A DNA stretch of 64,000 nucleotides, from assembly GCA_963735805.1 (NCBI GenBank), contig CAVTMK010000002.1, positions 1,440,001 through 1,504,000 of the forward strand, in the 5' to 3' direction. Of the stretch, positions 40,804 through 49,738 are shown one piece after another. The stretch is from an uncultured Verrucomicrobiae bacterium (GTDB lineage: Bacteria > Verrucomicrobiota > Verrucomicrobiia > Chthoniobacterales > UBA10450). The notes under the pieces were generated by a model, which was not told the DNA's origin, searched no databases, and saw only the letters and a list, made by a program, of their open reading frames with translations. The first letter of the stretch is position 1; every line of letters begins with the position of its first letter. Position numbers and translations under genes: made by a program.

Positions 40804-42117
40804 CTAAGAAGCCTGAGCTTGATTCTTCGCGGTCAATTTGAAGCCAACATAAGTCGCCGAACTGATTCCAAGCAGTGTCATCAGGGTTGGATCAAATGTA
40901 GGCATCGTCCATTGAAAGATGGACTGCCAGATGAAGACCAGCCCAAGAATGAAATTCCAAACCAGCATTTGGAGGCGCGCTATCTCTGGGTCGCCACCTT
41001 CTGAAATGAGATCATTGAAGAAACCTTGCGAAGGTCCGCAAGGAGTCTGGCTCCGACCAAATCCTGCAGCGACCAGGAGAGTCGCTCCTTGAAGTCCAAG
41101 CAATAGGGGCGCGCTTCCACTCAAAATATTGCGATGCTCGCCCATCAACGCCCAAAGATAGGCGAAACAGCCAACACAGATCGTCAGCCACCATGCGAAA
41201 ACAACTCGCGACAAACTCCACGGCGCGTCCTGATCCTGCTTTAGCCCTGGATCGCGCGGGTCCCGAAGGGCCGACGTCCCTAAAGCGGCTGCGAAGACGG
41301 CGCAAATTGTGAAGATGACTGCAGTGATAGCCGCACCCTGCCGCATCGGGGGCACCATGGGCAAACTGCGATACACTGGCTTGGCTCCCGAGCTGTATAT
41401 TGCCTCCGCATTTACTAAAGTCGGCATTCTCAACGCGTCGGCGGTCCCAGCAATGGGCCGGGCGAGGGAGATTTGAGCGTCACAAGTCGGACCAACAGCG
41501 CGAATTATCGCACGCCATTTTTCGAGCTCTTTTGCATCGGTTGGAGCGGCGAGGTGGTACACAACACGATTGTACGTTTCGCCTTCGAATTCTCCCGAGC
41601 CATATGTTGGGGGTGAAGTAGCGTCAAAAGGCGGAATCGTCTCGAATACCTGGCCTGCAATCATTAAGCGCAGATTTGATCGTTCCTGAAGCATCCAGTG
41701 ATTAATTTTAACCTGCAGCGATTGGAGAGCCATCGCTTGCTCCGGTGACAGGGGGGACGACTTCCTTGAGTCCACCAGGGATAAGTAATTTTTAAGGTCT
41801 TCCGGCTTCAAATCTTCAGGCAACAATCGCTCGTCAACGCGAGCTTTACTTAATAACCAACCATCAAAATTTTGCAGAAAGACCGTTACAGTAAGGGAAT
41901 CTGTAAACAGATTGCTTTCGATTATTCGACCATCATTATTACACCAGCCAATCCGGATATCGGTTACATACTTTTGGGTTCCGTAACTTCGCACTCTGTT
42001 TGGCGGAGTGTTCATTTGGTCGGAAGCGCGGCGGCTTTCCTTCAACCAAATGAACCCCCAGACAGCGAGGGTTAATGCAAGGCCCACACCCCAGACGATG
42101 TAGACTATACGCTTCAT
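40804..42117 (-). CDS. Hypothetical membrane protein (N-terminal anchor, large soluble domain, C-terminal TM bundle)
   Basis: 437-aa ORF; WSLSRVVFAWW / IARLQMLVW repeat-like helices, LLGISSATYVGFK. Confidence 0.75.
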   Translation of the reverse strand: MKRIVYIVWGVGLALTLAVWGFIWLKESRRASDQMNTPPNRVRSYGTQKYVTDIRIGWCNNDGRIIESNLFTDSLTVTVFLQNFDGWLLSKARVDERLLPEDLKPEDLKNYLSLVDSRKSSPLSPEQAMALQSLQVKINHWMLQERSNLRLMIAGQVFETIPPFDATSPPTYGSGEFEGETYNRVVYHLAAPTDAKELEKWRAIIRAVGPTCDAQISLARPIAGTADALRMPTLVNAEAIYSSGAKPVYRSLPMVPPMRQGAAITAVIFTICAVFAAALGTSALRDPRDPGLKQDQDAPWSLSRVVFAWWLTICVGCFAYLWALMGEHRNILSGSAPLLLGLQGATLLVAAGFGRSQTPCGPSQGFFNDLISEGGDPEIARLQMLVWNFILGLVFIWQSIFQWTMPTFDPTLMTLLGISSATYVGFKLTAKNQAQAS

Positions 42118-42312
42118 AAGGACTACCAAGATCGTAGCTGCCCAAGAGCGTGAAGGGTAGCACCGCTGGTGTCAATAAAAGAGCTGTTGAGAAAGCGTGA
42201 GGGAGGTTCAAACCTCTGATTTGGCCCCGGGGCGACCGCTGATGAATCTCATTTGTGAATGTGGCGGACTTGTAATTTCTAATTCCTTGTTTCTAATTGG
42301 CTTTCTCCATAC

Positions 42313-42384
42313 GCGCGATTAGCTCAGTGGTAGAGCACTTGCTTCACACGCAAGGGGTCGCTGGTTCGATACCAGCATCGCGCA
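42313..42384 (+). tRNA. tRNA-Val (anticodon CAC); CCA not encoded
   Basis: Acceptor GCGCGAT/ATCGCGC+A, D-arm GCTC-agtggta-GAGC, anticodon arm CTTGC-ttCACac-GCAAG, T-arm GCTGG-TTCGATA-CCAGC. Confidence 0.97.
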
Positions 42385-42423
42385 AACCTCGTAAAATGGC
42401 TTGCCATCGACGTAAGGCGAACC

Positions 42424-42466
42424 AAAAAAGAGGAGCCAAGCGACTCAGTCAAGAATCACTTGGCTC
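42424..42466 (-). terminator. Intrinsic terminator on the minus strand, facing the tRNA
   Basis: 14-bp stem GAGCCAAGUGAUUC/GAGUCGCUUGGCUC (two G-U pairs), then CUCUUUUUU. Confidence 0.6.
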
Positions 42467-42738
42467 ACACTAATGAAGGACAAGCCTATGGTTTATAATG
42501 TGGGTTGTTTGGGGAATGCCTTCAAATTATTATCCGGTATTTCCGGCACGAAGTTGCCAAAAAAGGTCAAGGAACTCGTAGTAATGTAGTAAGGAACATG
42601 AAGCTACTCACAACAGCAGCACTGCTGCTTCTGACGCTCGGGATGGTGCAAGCCGAGCCGCGACGCACGCACAAGCACGAGCATCACAACTACATCATCG
42701 AGTGCCAGCAGTGCATCGCGCATTTTCCAAGTAGTCGA

Positions 42739-42976
42739 ATGTTCTACACATATGTGCTGAGATGCGACGATGGTGAATTGTATGTCGGCTCGGCAGTTGA
42801 CCTCGGGAGACGACTCGCGCAGCACAATGCAGGCCGAGTACCTGCCACGGCACATCGACTGCCAGTTAGGCTGGAGTACTACGAGGCGTGTCGTTCTGAA
42901 CCAAAGGCCCGGGTTCGCGAAAAAACAGCTTAAGACAGGATTTGGGCGAGCGTATCTCAAACGGCGTCCAGACTGA
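42739..42976 (+). CDS. Small GIY-YIG nuclease (UPF0213/Slx1-like), +1 frameshift in an A6 run at 42920-42925
   Basis: MFYTYVLRC...LYVGSAVDLGRRLAQHNAG...LEYYE...ARVREK, continuing QLKTGFGRAYLKRR after removing one A. Confidence 0.85.
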
Positions 42977-43094
42977 AGGTCGCTCCGCGCCCGCAACGCT
43001 TCGCATAGCGATGCAGGCGGGGGTTCGATACCAGCATCGCGCATATTGCTGCCAGCGCGCTTGCTCTCCAACGCGTGGCGTTCTATCTAAAAGC

Positions 43095-43547
43095 ATGTCC
43101 GAACATAAGATTACTCTCACTTGGAAACGCGGCGATACGCCGTTCGAGTATCAGAAATATTCGCGCGATCACACTTGGAAATTTGACGGCGGACACGAAA
43201 TGCAGGCATCGGCTAATCCCGCTTACCTGGGAAACGCACAACTGGTCGATCCGGAGGAGGCGTTTGTCGCGTCGCTCTCGAGTTGCCATATGCTCACGTT
43301 TCTCGCCATAGCGGCGAAAAAGAAATTCGTTCTTGATGAGTACGTTGACAATGCGGTTGGTCACATGGAGAAAACTGCGGAAGGCAGGCTGGCTATTACG
43401 CGTGTGACTCTAAACCAGCGTTTGAAGTTCTCCGGCGAAAAACAACCGACCAAGCAAGAGCTCGAAGAGATGAATCACGCCGCGCACGAGCAATGTTTCA
43501 TTGCCAATTCGGTGAAGACCGAAGTCACCGTCGAAACGCAGGAGTAA
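43095..43547 (+). CDS. OsmC/Ohr-family protein
   Basis: YSRDH, DPEEAFVASLSSCHMLTFL, AHEQCFIANSVK. Confidence 0.92.
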   Translation: MSEHKITLTWKRGDTPFEYQKYSRDHTWKFDGGHEMQASANPAYLGNAQLVDPEEAFVASLSSCHMLTFLAIAAKKKFVLDEYVDNAVGHMEKTAEGRLAITRVTLNQRLKFSGEKQPTKQELEEMNHAAHEQCFIANSVKTEVTVETQE

Positions 43548-43580
43548 ACCGCTCGCTCTTCATGTAGCCCCGTTTGTCTA

Positions 43581-43663
43581 TTGTCATGTCGAGCGGAGTC
43601 GAGACATCTCTCGATATTTCCGAGGTAGAAACAGAGATTCCTCGACTTCGCTCGGAATGACAA
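43581..43663. repeat. GTCAT-type REP inverted doublet (31-bp arms)
   Basis: ttgtcatgtcgagcggagtcgagacatctct vs reverse complement of agagattcctcgacttcgctcggaatgacaa: 26/31 identical. Confidence 0.8.
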
Positions 43664-43691
43664 GAAACTGCGTTAATCGTCTGTCGAAAAC

Positions 43692-45053
43692 ATGAGTACG
43701 CCGTCCGAATCTCAGCGCATGGAAAAAATCGTCAGCCTGTGCAAACGGCGCGGTTTCATTTTCCAGTCCAGCGAAATTTATGGCGGCTTGAATGGCGCTT
43801 GGGATTACGGACCGCTTGGCGTGGAGTTAAAGCGCAATCTCAAAAATTACTGGTGGCAGGTGATGGTGCACGAGCGGGACGACGTCGTCGGGATGGATGG
43901 ATCGATTCTGACTCATCCGGCGGTGCTTAAGGCGTCCGGTCACGTTGAAGGGTTTTCTGATCCGATGATCGATTGCCGGACTTGCAAAGCGCATTTGCGC
44001 ACTGATCAGCTCGTGGAGAAGAAAGGCGTTAAGCAGTGCCCAAATTGCGGTGGAAGAGATTTAACCGCGCCGCGGCAGTTCAATTTGATGTTCGAAACCC
44101 ATGTCGGCGCGACAGCGGATGAAAGTTCCATCGCCTATCTACGCCCCGAAACGGCACAATCCATTTTTGTTCAGTTCAAGAACATTCTTGAAGTGTCACG
44201 AAAGAAATTGCCATTCGGAATCGCGCAGATTGGCAAGGCGTTTCGCAACGAAATTAATCCACGCAATTTCACTTTTCGCTCACGCGAGTTCGAGCAAATG
44301 GAGCTCGAATATTTTTGCCGTGCGGAGCAGGGGATGGAGTTGCTCGAATATTGGAAGGAAGAACGCCTGAGGTTTTACAAACAGATCGGTATCCCGCGGG
44401 ACAAACTGCACGTCCTGACTGTTCCGGGCGAGGAACGGGCCTTTTATTCAAAAGGGACATACGACATTGAATACGAATTTCCGTTTGGGCGACAGGAACT
44501 TGAAGGCGTCGCATATCGAACCGATTACGACTTGTCGCAGCATCAGAAAGGCAGCGGGAAATCACTCGAATACTTTGATGAGGAGGCGAAGCAGCGATTT
44601 ATTCCGCACGTTGTGGAACCGAGCGCCGGTGTCGACCGCACAGTGCTGGCATTAATCTGCGAGGCGTATTCAGAAGACCAGGCACCTGATGAAAAAGGAA
44701 AAATGGAAACACGCCTGGTGCTCCGTTTCCATCCGCGGATTGCTCCAGTGAAGTGTGGCGTATTCCCGCTGCTCAAGAACAACCCGCAGCTAGTTGCGAA
44801 GGCCAAAACAATTGTCAGTCTTCTGCGGCCACACATGACCGTTTTCTATGATGAGAGCGGCGCCATCGGTCGCAGGTATCGGCGTCAGGATGAAATTGGC
44901 ACTCCGTTCGGAGTGACCGTTGATTTTGAGACGCTTGGCGAAAGGGACGCTGCGCTGCGTGACACAGTGACGTTGCGCGATCGCGATTCGATGAAACAGG
45001 AACGCGTCGCAATTCAAGATCTTGCGGGAATTCTACGCGACCGGCTGGCCTGA
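43692..45053 (+). CDS. glyQS: Glycine--tRNA ligase (alpha2 type)
   Basis: KRRGFIFQSSEIYGG, YLRPETAQ, FRNEI, REFEQMELE, VVEPSAG, IGRRYRRQDEIGTP. Confidence 0.97.
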   Translation: MSTPSESQRMEKIVSLCKRRGFIFQSSEIYGGLNGAWDYGPLGVELKRNLKNYWWQVMVHERDDVVGMDGSILTHPAVLKASGHVEGFSDPMIDCRTCKAHLRTDQLVEKKGVKQCPNCGGRDLTAPRQFNLMFETHVGATADESSIAYLRPETAQSIFVQFKNILEVSRKKLPFGIAQIGKAFRNEINPRNFTFRSREFEQMELEYFCRAEQGMELLEYWKEERLRFYKQIGIPRDKLHVLTVPGEERAFYSKGTYDIEYEFPFGRQELEGVAYRTDYDLSQHQKGSGKSLEYFDEEAKQRFIPHVVEPSAGVDRTVLALICEAYSEDQAPDEKGKMETRLVLRFHPRIAPVKCGVFPLLKNNPQLVAKAKTIVSLLRPHMTVFYDESGAIGRRYRRQDEIGTPFGVTVDFETLGERDAALRDTVTLRDRDSMKQERVAIQDLAGILRDRLA

Positions 45054-45445
45054 TGGATCTCGAGCAATTCCGCGAATATTGCCTTGGCAAATCCCGCATT
45101 ACTGAGAGCGCGCCATTCGGGCCCGACGTTCTGGTGTTCAAAGTCGGCGGTAAGATCTTCGCGTTAGCGGCTCTCGACGAAGTCCCGACCAGAGTGAACT
45201 TGAAATGCGACCCTGATTTGGCGCTCGAGCTGCGTGATCGTTACGAGCAGGTCACGCCGGGTTACCACATGAACAAGAAACACTGGAACACCGTTGAGAT
45301 TGAGAGCGGCATTCCAGATGGCGAGCTGCGAAAAATGATCGATCACTCCTACGACCTTGTAGTCAAAACTCCGGCGAGATCTATGGCAACGGTTGCAGCT
45401 CGATCTCGCCGAAACGCAACTGCAACGCGTCGCGGGCGACGTTGA
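45053..45445 (+). CDS. MmcQ/YjbR-family DNA-binding protein
   Basis: PFGPDVLVFKVGGKIFA, NLKCDP, PGYHMNKKHWNT. Confidence 0.92.
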   Translation: MDLEQFREYCLGKSRITESAPFGPDVLVFKVGGKIFALAALDEVPTRVNLKCDPDLALELRDRYEQVTPGYHMNKKHWNTVEIESGIPDGELRKMIDHSYDLVVKTPARSMATVAARSRRNATATRRGRR

Positions 45446-46184
45446 GGAAATTATCGGCCGCATCAGTGAGAGCCACATGTAGCTCGCCGCGATTTGGTGG
45501 TGTCGCGCGAAGTGATTGGCAATCCAATGTTTCTTCCACTGCGCGCGCACAGTTTTGGGCGGAATCGACGAGCGTGATTTGGCGTTTGACTGCTCGCGAA
45601 ATCGCATTGGCGAGCAGTGGATAATGCGTGCAACCGAGTACCAGCGTATCGATCCCATCAGCAAGCATCGGTTCGAGATAACGCATGATTATTCTGTCCG
45701 TCACATCGTCGTTGAGCAGTCCTTCTTCGATTAACGGGACGAGCAACGGGCAGGCGCGACTGCTCACGCGCACATTGTTGTCGGCTGCGCGTAACGCCTT
45801 TTCGTACGCGCCGCTACGAATTGTCGCACGGGTCCCGATCACGCCGATGCGCCGGTTGCGTGTCGCCTGCAATGCAGCTCGCGCTCCCGGTTCGATTACC
45901 CCGATCACGGGCACAGGAAATTTCTCTGTTAGCAACGGCAACGCGACCGATGAAACAGTATTACACGCCACGACCAGCGCCTTTGCGTTTTTCCCTATAA
46001 GCATTCCCGCCAGTTCGGTGGCGTAGCGCTGCACAGTTTCCGGGCTTTTCGGGCCGTAGGGAACACGGGCCGTATCGCCAAGATAAACAATGTTTTCGTC
46101 CGGCAACAAGTCGTGCAGCGCCTTGACTACGGTCAGGCCGCCAATGCCGGAATCAAAAACACCGATCGGGCGTGAATCACTCAT
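45381..46184 (-). CDS. murI: Glutamate racemase
   Basis: FDSGIGGLTV, PYGPKS, ACNT, LGCTHYP. Confidence 0.97.
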   Translation of the reverse strand: MSDSRPIGVFDSGIGGLTVVKALHDLLPDENIVYLGDTARVPYGPKSPETVQRYATELAGMLIGKNAKALVVACNTVSSVALPLLTEKFPVPVIGVIEPGARAALQATRNRRIGVIGTRATIRSGAYEKALRAADNNVRVSSRACPLLVPLIEEGLLNDDVTDRIIMRYLEPMLADGIDTLVLGCTHYPLLANAISRAVKRQITLVDSAQNCARAVEETLDCQSLRATPPNRGELHVALTDAADNFLNVARDALQLRFGEIELQPLP

Positions 46185-46293
46185 GCAGCGGGAAGGTGAT
46201 GGTTAGGCTGTCCTGATGCAAGCACGTGGTCGGGCGCGACCCCGGCGCTCCGGCGATTTGCAAAGGCGCTCCGGCTTTGGATGATTGATCGCG

Positions 46294-48987
46294 ATGGTCG
46301 AACTCCCGAAGAGATACGATCCAAAGTCGGTCGAACCAAAATGGTATCGGCGCTGGATGGAAGATCGCGATTTCGTTGCAGATGCGAAGTCTTCGAAGCC
46401 GGCATTCTCTATCGTGATGCCGCCACCAAATATCACTGGCGTGCTTACGCTTGGCCACGTCCTCAACGATACCATCCAAGATATTCTCGCACGCCGTGCC
46501 CGTATGCAGGGCTTCGAAGTGCTCTGGTTGCCAGGGATGGATCATGCCGGCATCGCGACGCAAACAGCAGTCGAAAAGTGGCTGCGCAAAAACGAAGGAG
46601 TAACGCGTCGGGATTTAGGGCGCGAGGAATTTCTACGCCGTGTGATGGAATGGCAGGATAAACACGGCGGCATCATTATCGAGCAGCTCAAGCGTTTGGG
46701 TTGCTCCTGCGATTGGTCGCGTCAGCGATATACACTCGATGATGCGTACGTCGCGGCTGTCCAAAAAGTTTTTGTCGATCTTTACAACAAAGGACTGATT
46801 TATCGCGGACGGCGAATGATCAATTGGGATCCGGCTGCACAAACTGCGCTTTCAGATGAAGAGGTGATTTCCAAGCCCCAGAAGGGAAGTCTCTATTTTG
46901 TTCGCTACGAAATTGTGGAAGAACCCGGGCGTTTCCTGGAGGTTGCAACTACCCGACCGGAAACGATCATGGCCGACACTGCGATGGCTTTTCATCCGGG
47001 CGACAAACGATACGCGGATCTCTTGGGCAAGTACGCGTGGCGCCCGCTAGCCCGCGAGAAAATTCCGATCATTGCCGACGAAGCGATCGACCCGGAATTC
47101 GGCACTGGTGTTTTGAAAGTTACCCCAGCGCACGACGCAGTGGATTTCGAGATTGGGCAGCGGCATAAGCTGCCAGTTGTCGATGTGCTGCATGCTGACG
47201 GCCGTATCAATTGTCCGGCAGTCTCAGAGTTGGATGGACTTGATCGCTTTAAAGCACGGGAAAAAGCCGCAGAGTTATTGCAGGCGAGCGGAGCGCTGGC
47301 AAAAACGGAGCCGTACGAGAACAATGTCGGGTTCAGCGAGCGCAGCGATGTGCCAATCGAGCCGCGTATCAGCGAGCAATGGTTCCTGCGCTATCCAAAA
47401 ACAAAAGAAGCCTTGGCGGTGGTACGCAATCACCTGATCAGGTTCTTCCCCCAGCATTGGGAAAAAGTTTACGCACAATGGCTGGAGAACATTCGCGATT
47501 GGTGTATCAGCCGCCAGGTATGGTGGGGGCACCGGATACCGGCCTGGTACCGGAAATCCCAAACTGTCGAGGCAGGCGTGTCGCCTGCGAACCAAAACAA
47601 AGCAATCGGCACGGCTGCCACTACAGAGAAAGAGGATATTCGTGTGCAAGTTGAATCGCCGGGTGAGGGATGGACCCAGGACCCAGATACGCTCGATACC
47701 TGGTTTTCATCGTGGTTATGGGCTTATGAAACAATGGATGAACAAACCCGGAAGAAATTTTATCCGACGAGTGCGCTCGTGACTGCGCCGGATATCATTT
47801 TTTTCTGGGTGGCGCGCATGATCATCGCCGGCTTGGAATTCAGGCCGGGCAATTCAGACCGTGTTGAGGACAATATTGCGTTCCACGACGTTTATTTCAC
47901 GGGCCTTATTCGTGACAAGCTCGGACGGAAGATGTCGAAGTCGTTGGGCAATTCGCCCGATCCACTCGAATTGATCGACAAGTATGGCGCCGACGGGTTG
48001 CGGTTCGGTCTGATGCGCATCGCGCCCAGGGGCCAGGACATTCGCTTTGACGAAAAACAGATCGAAGAGGGTCGCAATTTCGCGACGAAACTTTGGAATG
48101 CCGCTCGCTTCCGGCAGATGCACGGTCCGAGCGAGGCCGCGCCAAAGATCGATAGCCAGGTGCTATCGATCTACGCGATAGAATTGCTCGCGCGCTTGAA
48201 CGAAACGATGGACGCGGTCGACGCCGCTTATCGAGAATATCAGTTCAACACGGTAGCTCAGCGCCTTTATGACTTCGTCTGGAGCGATTATTGCGACTGG
48301 TTCGTCGAGGCGGCGAAGACCGAAATCTTCGGAGAAGACGAGGCGCAGAAGAAATCCGCGTTGGCAGTAATGGACTTTGTTTTGTCTGCAACATTACGAT
48401 TACTGCACCCCTTCATGCCGTACATTACCGAGGAGCTTTGGTCATTGCTCGACCTTGGAAGCGGTTCGATTCAATTTGCCGTAACACCAGAAAAGGTCGC
48501 TTTGGATGACGTTTCCGATCTTCCAGGCAAACGGCGGCTCGTTTCGTCCATTTATCAAACCGTGCAGGCGGGACGCAATTTGCGATCAGAATCCAAGCTC
48601 CCTTCAAACAAAAAGATACATTTTATTTTACGCACGAATGATAATTTAATTTCAAGTCATATCTCCACGCTGAGTCGGCTATTGAACGCCGAAGAAGTGG
48701 CGCTGGATCCAGGATATCAACCGCAGGTTGGAAACCCGGTCGCGGTTACGCCAGTAGGCGAGATCTTCCTGACGGTCGCCGCGACCGACAGGGCAGGGGA
48801 ACAGCAGCGGCTCGATAAGGAAATTGCTAGAATCGAAACCGAATTATGCACCGTAACGCAAAAACTGGAGAACAAATCGTTCGTCGATCGCGCTCCCTCA
48901 ACCGTTGTCGAAGAGCATCGGCGGCGCCTTAAAGATTTCAGCGAGCGACTGACAAAGTTGAAGCAGGCACGCGAATGCCTGAATTGA
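46294..48987 (+). CDS. valS: Valine--tRNA ligase
   Basis: PPPNITG...LGH, DHAGIATQ, ATTRPET, DWCISRQ, DTWFSS, KMSKS. Confidence 0.97.
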   Translation: MVELPKRYDPKSVEPKWYRRWMEDRDFVADAKSSKPAFSIVMPPPNITGVLTLGHVLNDTIQDILARRARMQGFEVLWLPGMDHAGIATQTAVEKWLRKNEGVTRRDLGREEFLRRVMEWQDKHGGIIIEQLKRLGCSCDWSRQRYTLDDAYVAAVQKVFVDLYNKGLIYRGRRMINWDPAAQTALSDEEVISKPQKGSLYFVRYEIVEEPGRFLEVATTRPETIMADTAMAFHPGDKRYADLLGKYAWRPLAREKIPIIADEAIDPEFGTGVLKVTPAHDAVDFEIGQRHKLPVVDVLHADGRINCPAVSELDGLDRFKAREKAAELLQASGALAKTEPYENNVGFSERSDVPIEPRISEQWFLRYPKTKEALAVVRNHLIRFFPQHWEKVYAQWLENIRDWCISRQVWWGHRIPAWYRKSQTVEAGVSPANQNKAIGTAATTEKEDIRVQVESPGEGWTQDPDTLDTWFSSWLWAYETMDEQTRKKFYPTSALVTAPDIIFFWVARMIIAGLEFRPGNSDRVEDNIAFHDVYFTGLIRDKLGRKMSKSLGNSPDPLELIDKYGADGLRFGLMRIAPRGQDIRFDEKQIEEGRNFATKLWNAARFRQMHGPSEAAPKIDSQVLSIYAIELLARLNETMDAVDAAYREYQFNTVAQRLYDFVWSDYCDWFVEAAKTEIFGEDEAQKKSALAVMDFVLSATLRLLHPFMPYITEELWSLLDLGSGSIQFAVTPEKVALDDVSDLPGKRRLVSSIYQTVQAGRNLRSESKLPSNKKIHFILRTNDNLISSHISTLSRLLNAEEVALDPGYQPQVGNPVAVTPVGEIFLTVAATDRAGEQQRLDKEIARIETELCTVTQKLENKSFVDRAPSTVVEEHRRRLKDFSERLTKLKQARECLN
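47565..47625. repeat. REP-like inverted doublet translated in frame inside valS
   Basis: tgtcgaggcaggcgtgtcgcctgc vs reverse complement of right arm tgtagtggcagccgtgccgattgc: 18/24; hairpin GCAGGCG-tgt-CGCCTGC. Confidence 0.7.
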
Positions 48988-49693
48988 AGATCACTTTTTG
49001 CTGGCTGATCCTGGCGCCGCGCTTTTGAAAGAATTCCTTTAACTCAGGTGTGTAGAACGTCCCATCGTATTCCTGATTGAGTTCGAGCCAGACCCGGCCG
49101 CGCGGGGTGAGATGTTTTGCCAGATCGTCCAGAAAGAATTCCCACTCCGGCACTTTCCAGAGGTCCGGCATTTTGTGGTTATTGAAGCAAATCATAAAAG
49201 CGGTGATGAGATCGAATCTTTGTCCAAAATCGGGTAAAGGCTGAAAAGCGTCGATTCGCTGGACAACACGGCGAACACCGAGCAAGCGCGTAACTTCCCG
49301 AAACATGGACAAGCGATCCATATCGAGACCAACACCCGAATGACCAAGCAGTTGAGCGATGTACAGAAAATATCCTGCACCACAGCCAAGATCCAGGATG
49401 CGCCTGGGACGCGCCAAATCGAGTTCGATCTGGCGAATCCGTCGAATGTTAATTCCAATCCAACGGTCGAGATCGAGATATTTTGGCCAGTCCGCGCCGG
49501 GATCCGCGACCGCGTAACGCTTGCGAACCTGTGCGAAAGCAACTGGATCGATTGTTTCGATGACCCGCTTTTTAGTAAGCGTGAACCGACCGGTTCGGAG
49601 AAGCCTGAGCGTGTGCTTCCTCGCGCTGACCAAGCTCCGGCCGTCTACAAGTTTTCGAATCTTATGTCGAAATTGCACCTGAAGAAAGATCAC
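48938..49693 (-). CDS. Class I SAM-dependent methyltransferase
   Basis: ILDLGCGAG, GLD, FDLITAF, LTPRG. Confidence 0.85.
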   Translation of the reverse strand: MIFLQVQFRHKIRKLVDGRSLVSARKHTLRLLRTGRFTLTKKRVIETIDPVAFAQVRKRYAVADPGADWPKYLDLDRWIGINIRRIRQIELDLARPRRILDLGCGAGYFLYIAQLLGHSGVGLDMDRLSMFREVTRLLGVRRVVQRIDAFQPLPDFGQRFDLITAFMICFNNHKMPDLWKVPEWEFFLDDLAKHLTPRGRVWLELNQEYDGTFYTPELKEFFQKRGARISQQKVIFNSGIRVPASTLSVAR

Positions 49694-49738
49694 ACCTTGT
49701 AGCGGAGCGCAACAACTTCAATTAAGCTGCAAACAGGA

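Larger units (their letters stand above)
42385..43043. mobile_element. tRNA-Val-anchored islet bounded by tRNA 3'-end repeats
   Basis: GGTTCGATACCAGCATCGCGCA exact at 42363-42384 and 43022-43043; partial copy GCATCGCGCA at 42713-42722. Confidence 0.7.

Noticed and set aside
45381..45445. Convergent 3' overlaps (mmcQ/murI here; valS/methyltransferase at 48938-48987)
   Set aside because: Short tail overlaps are common in compact genomes; no sign of function.
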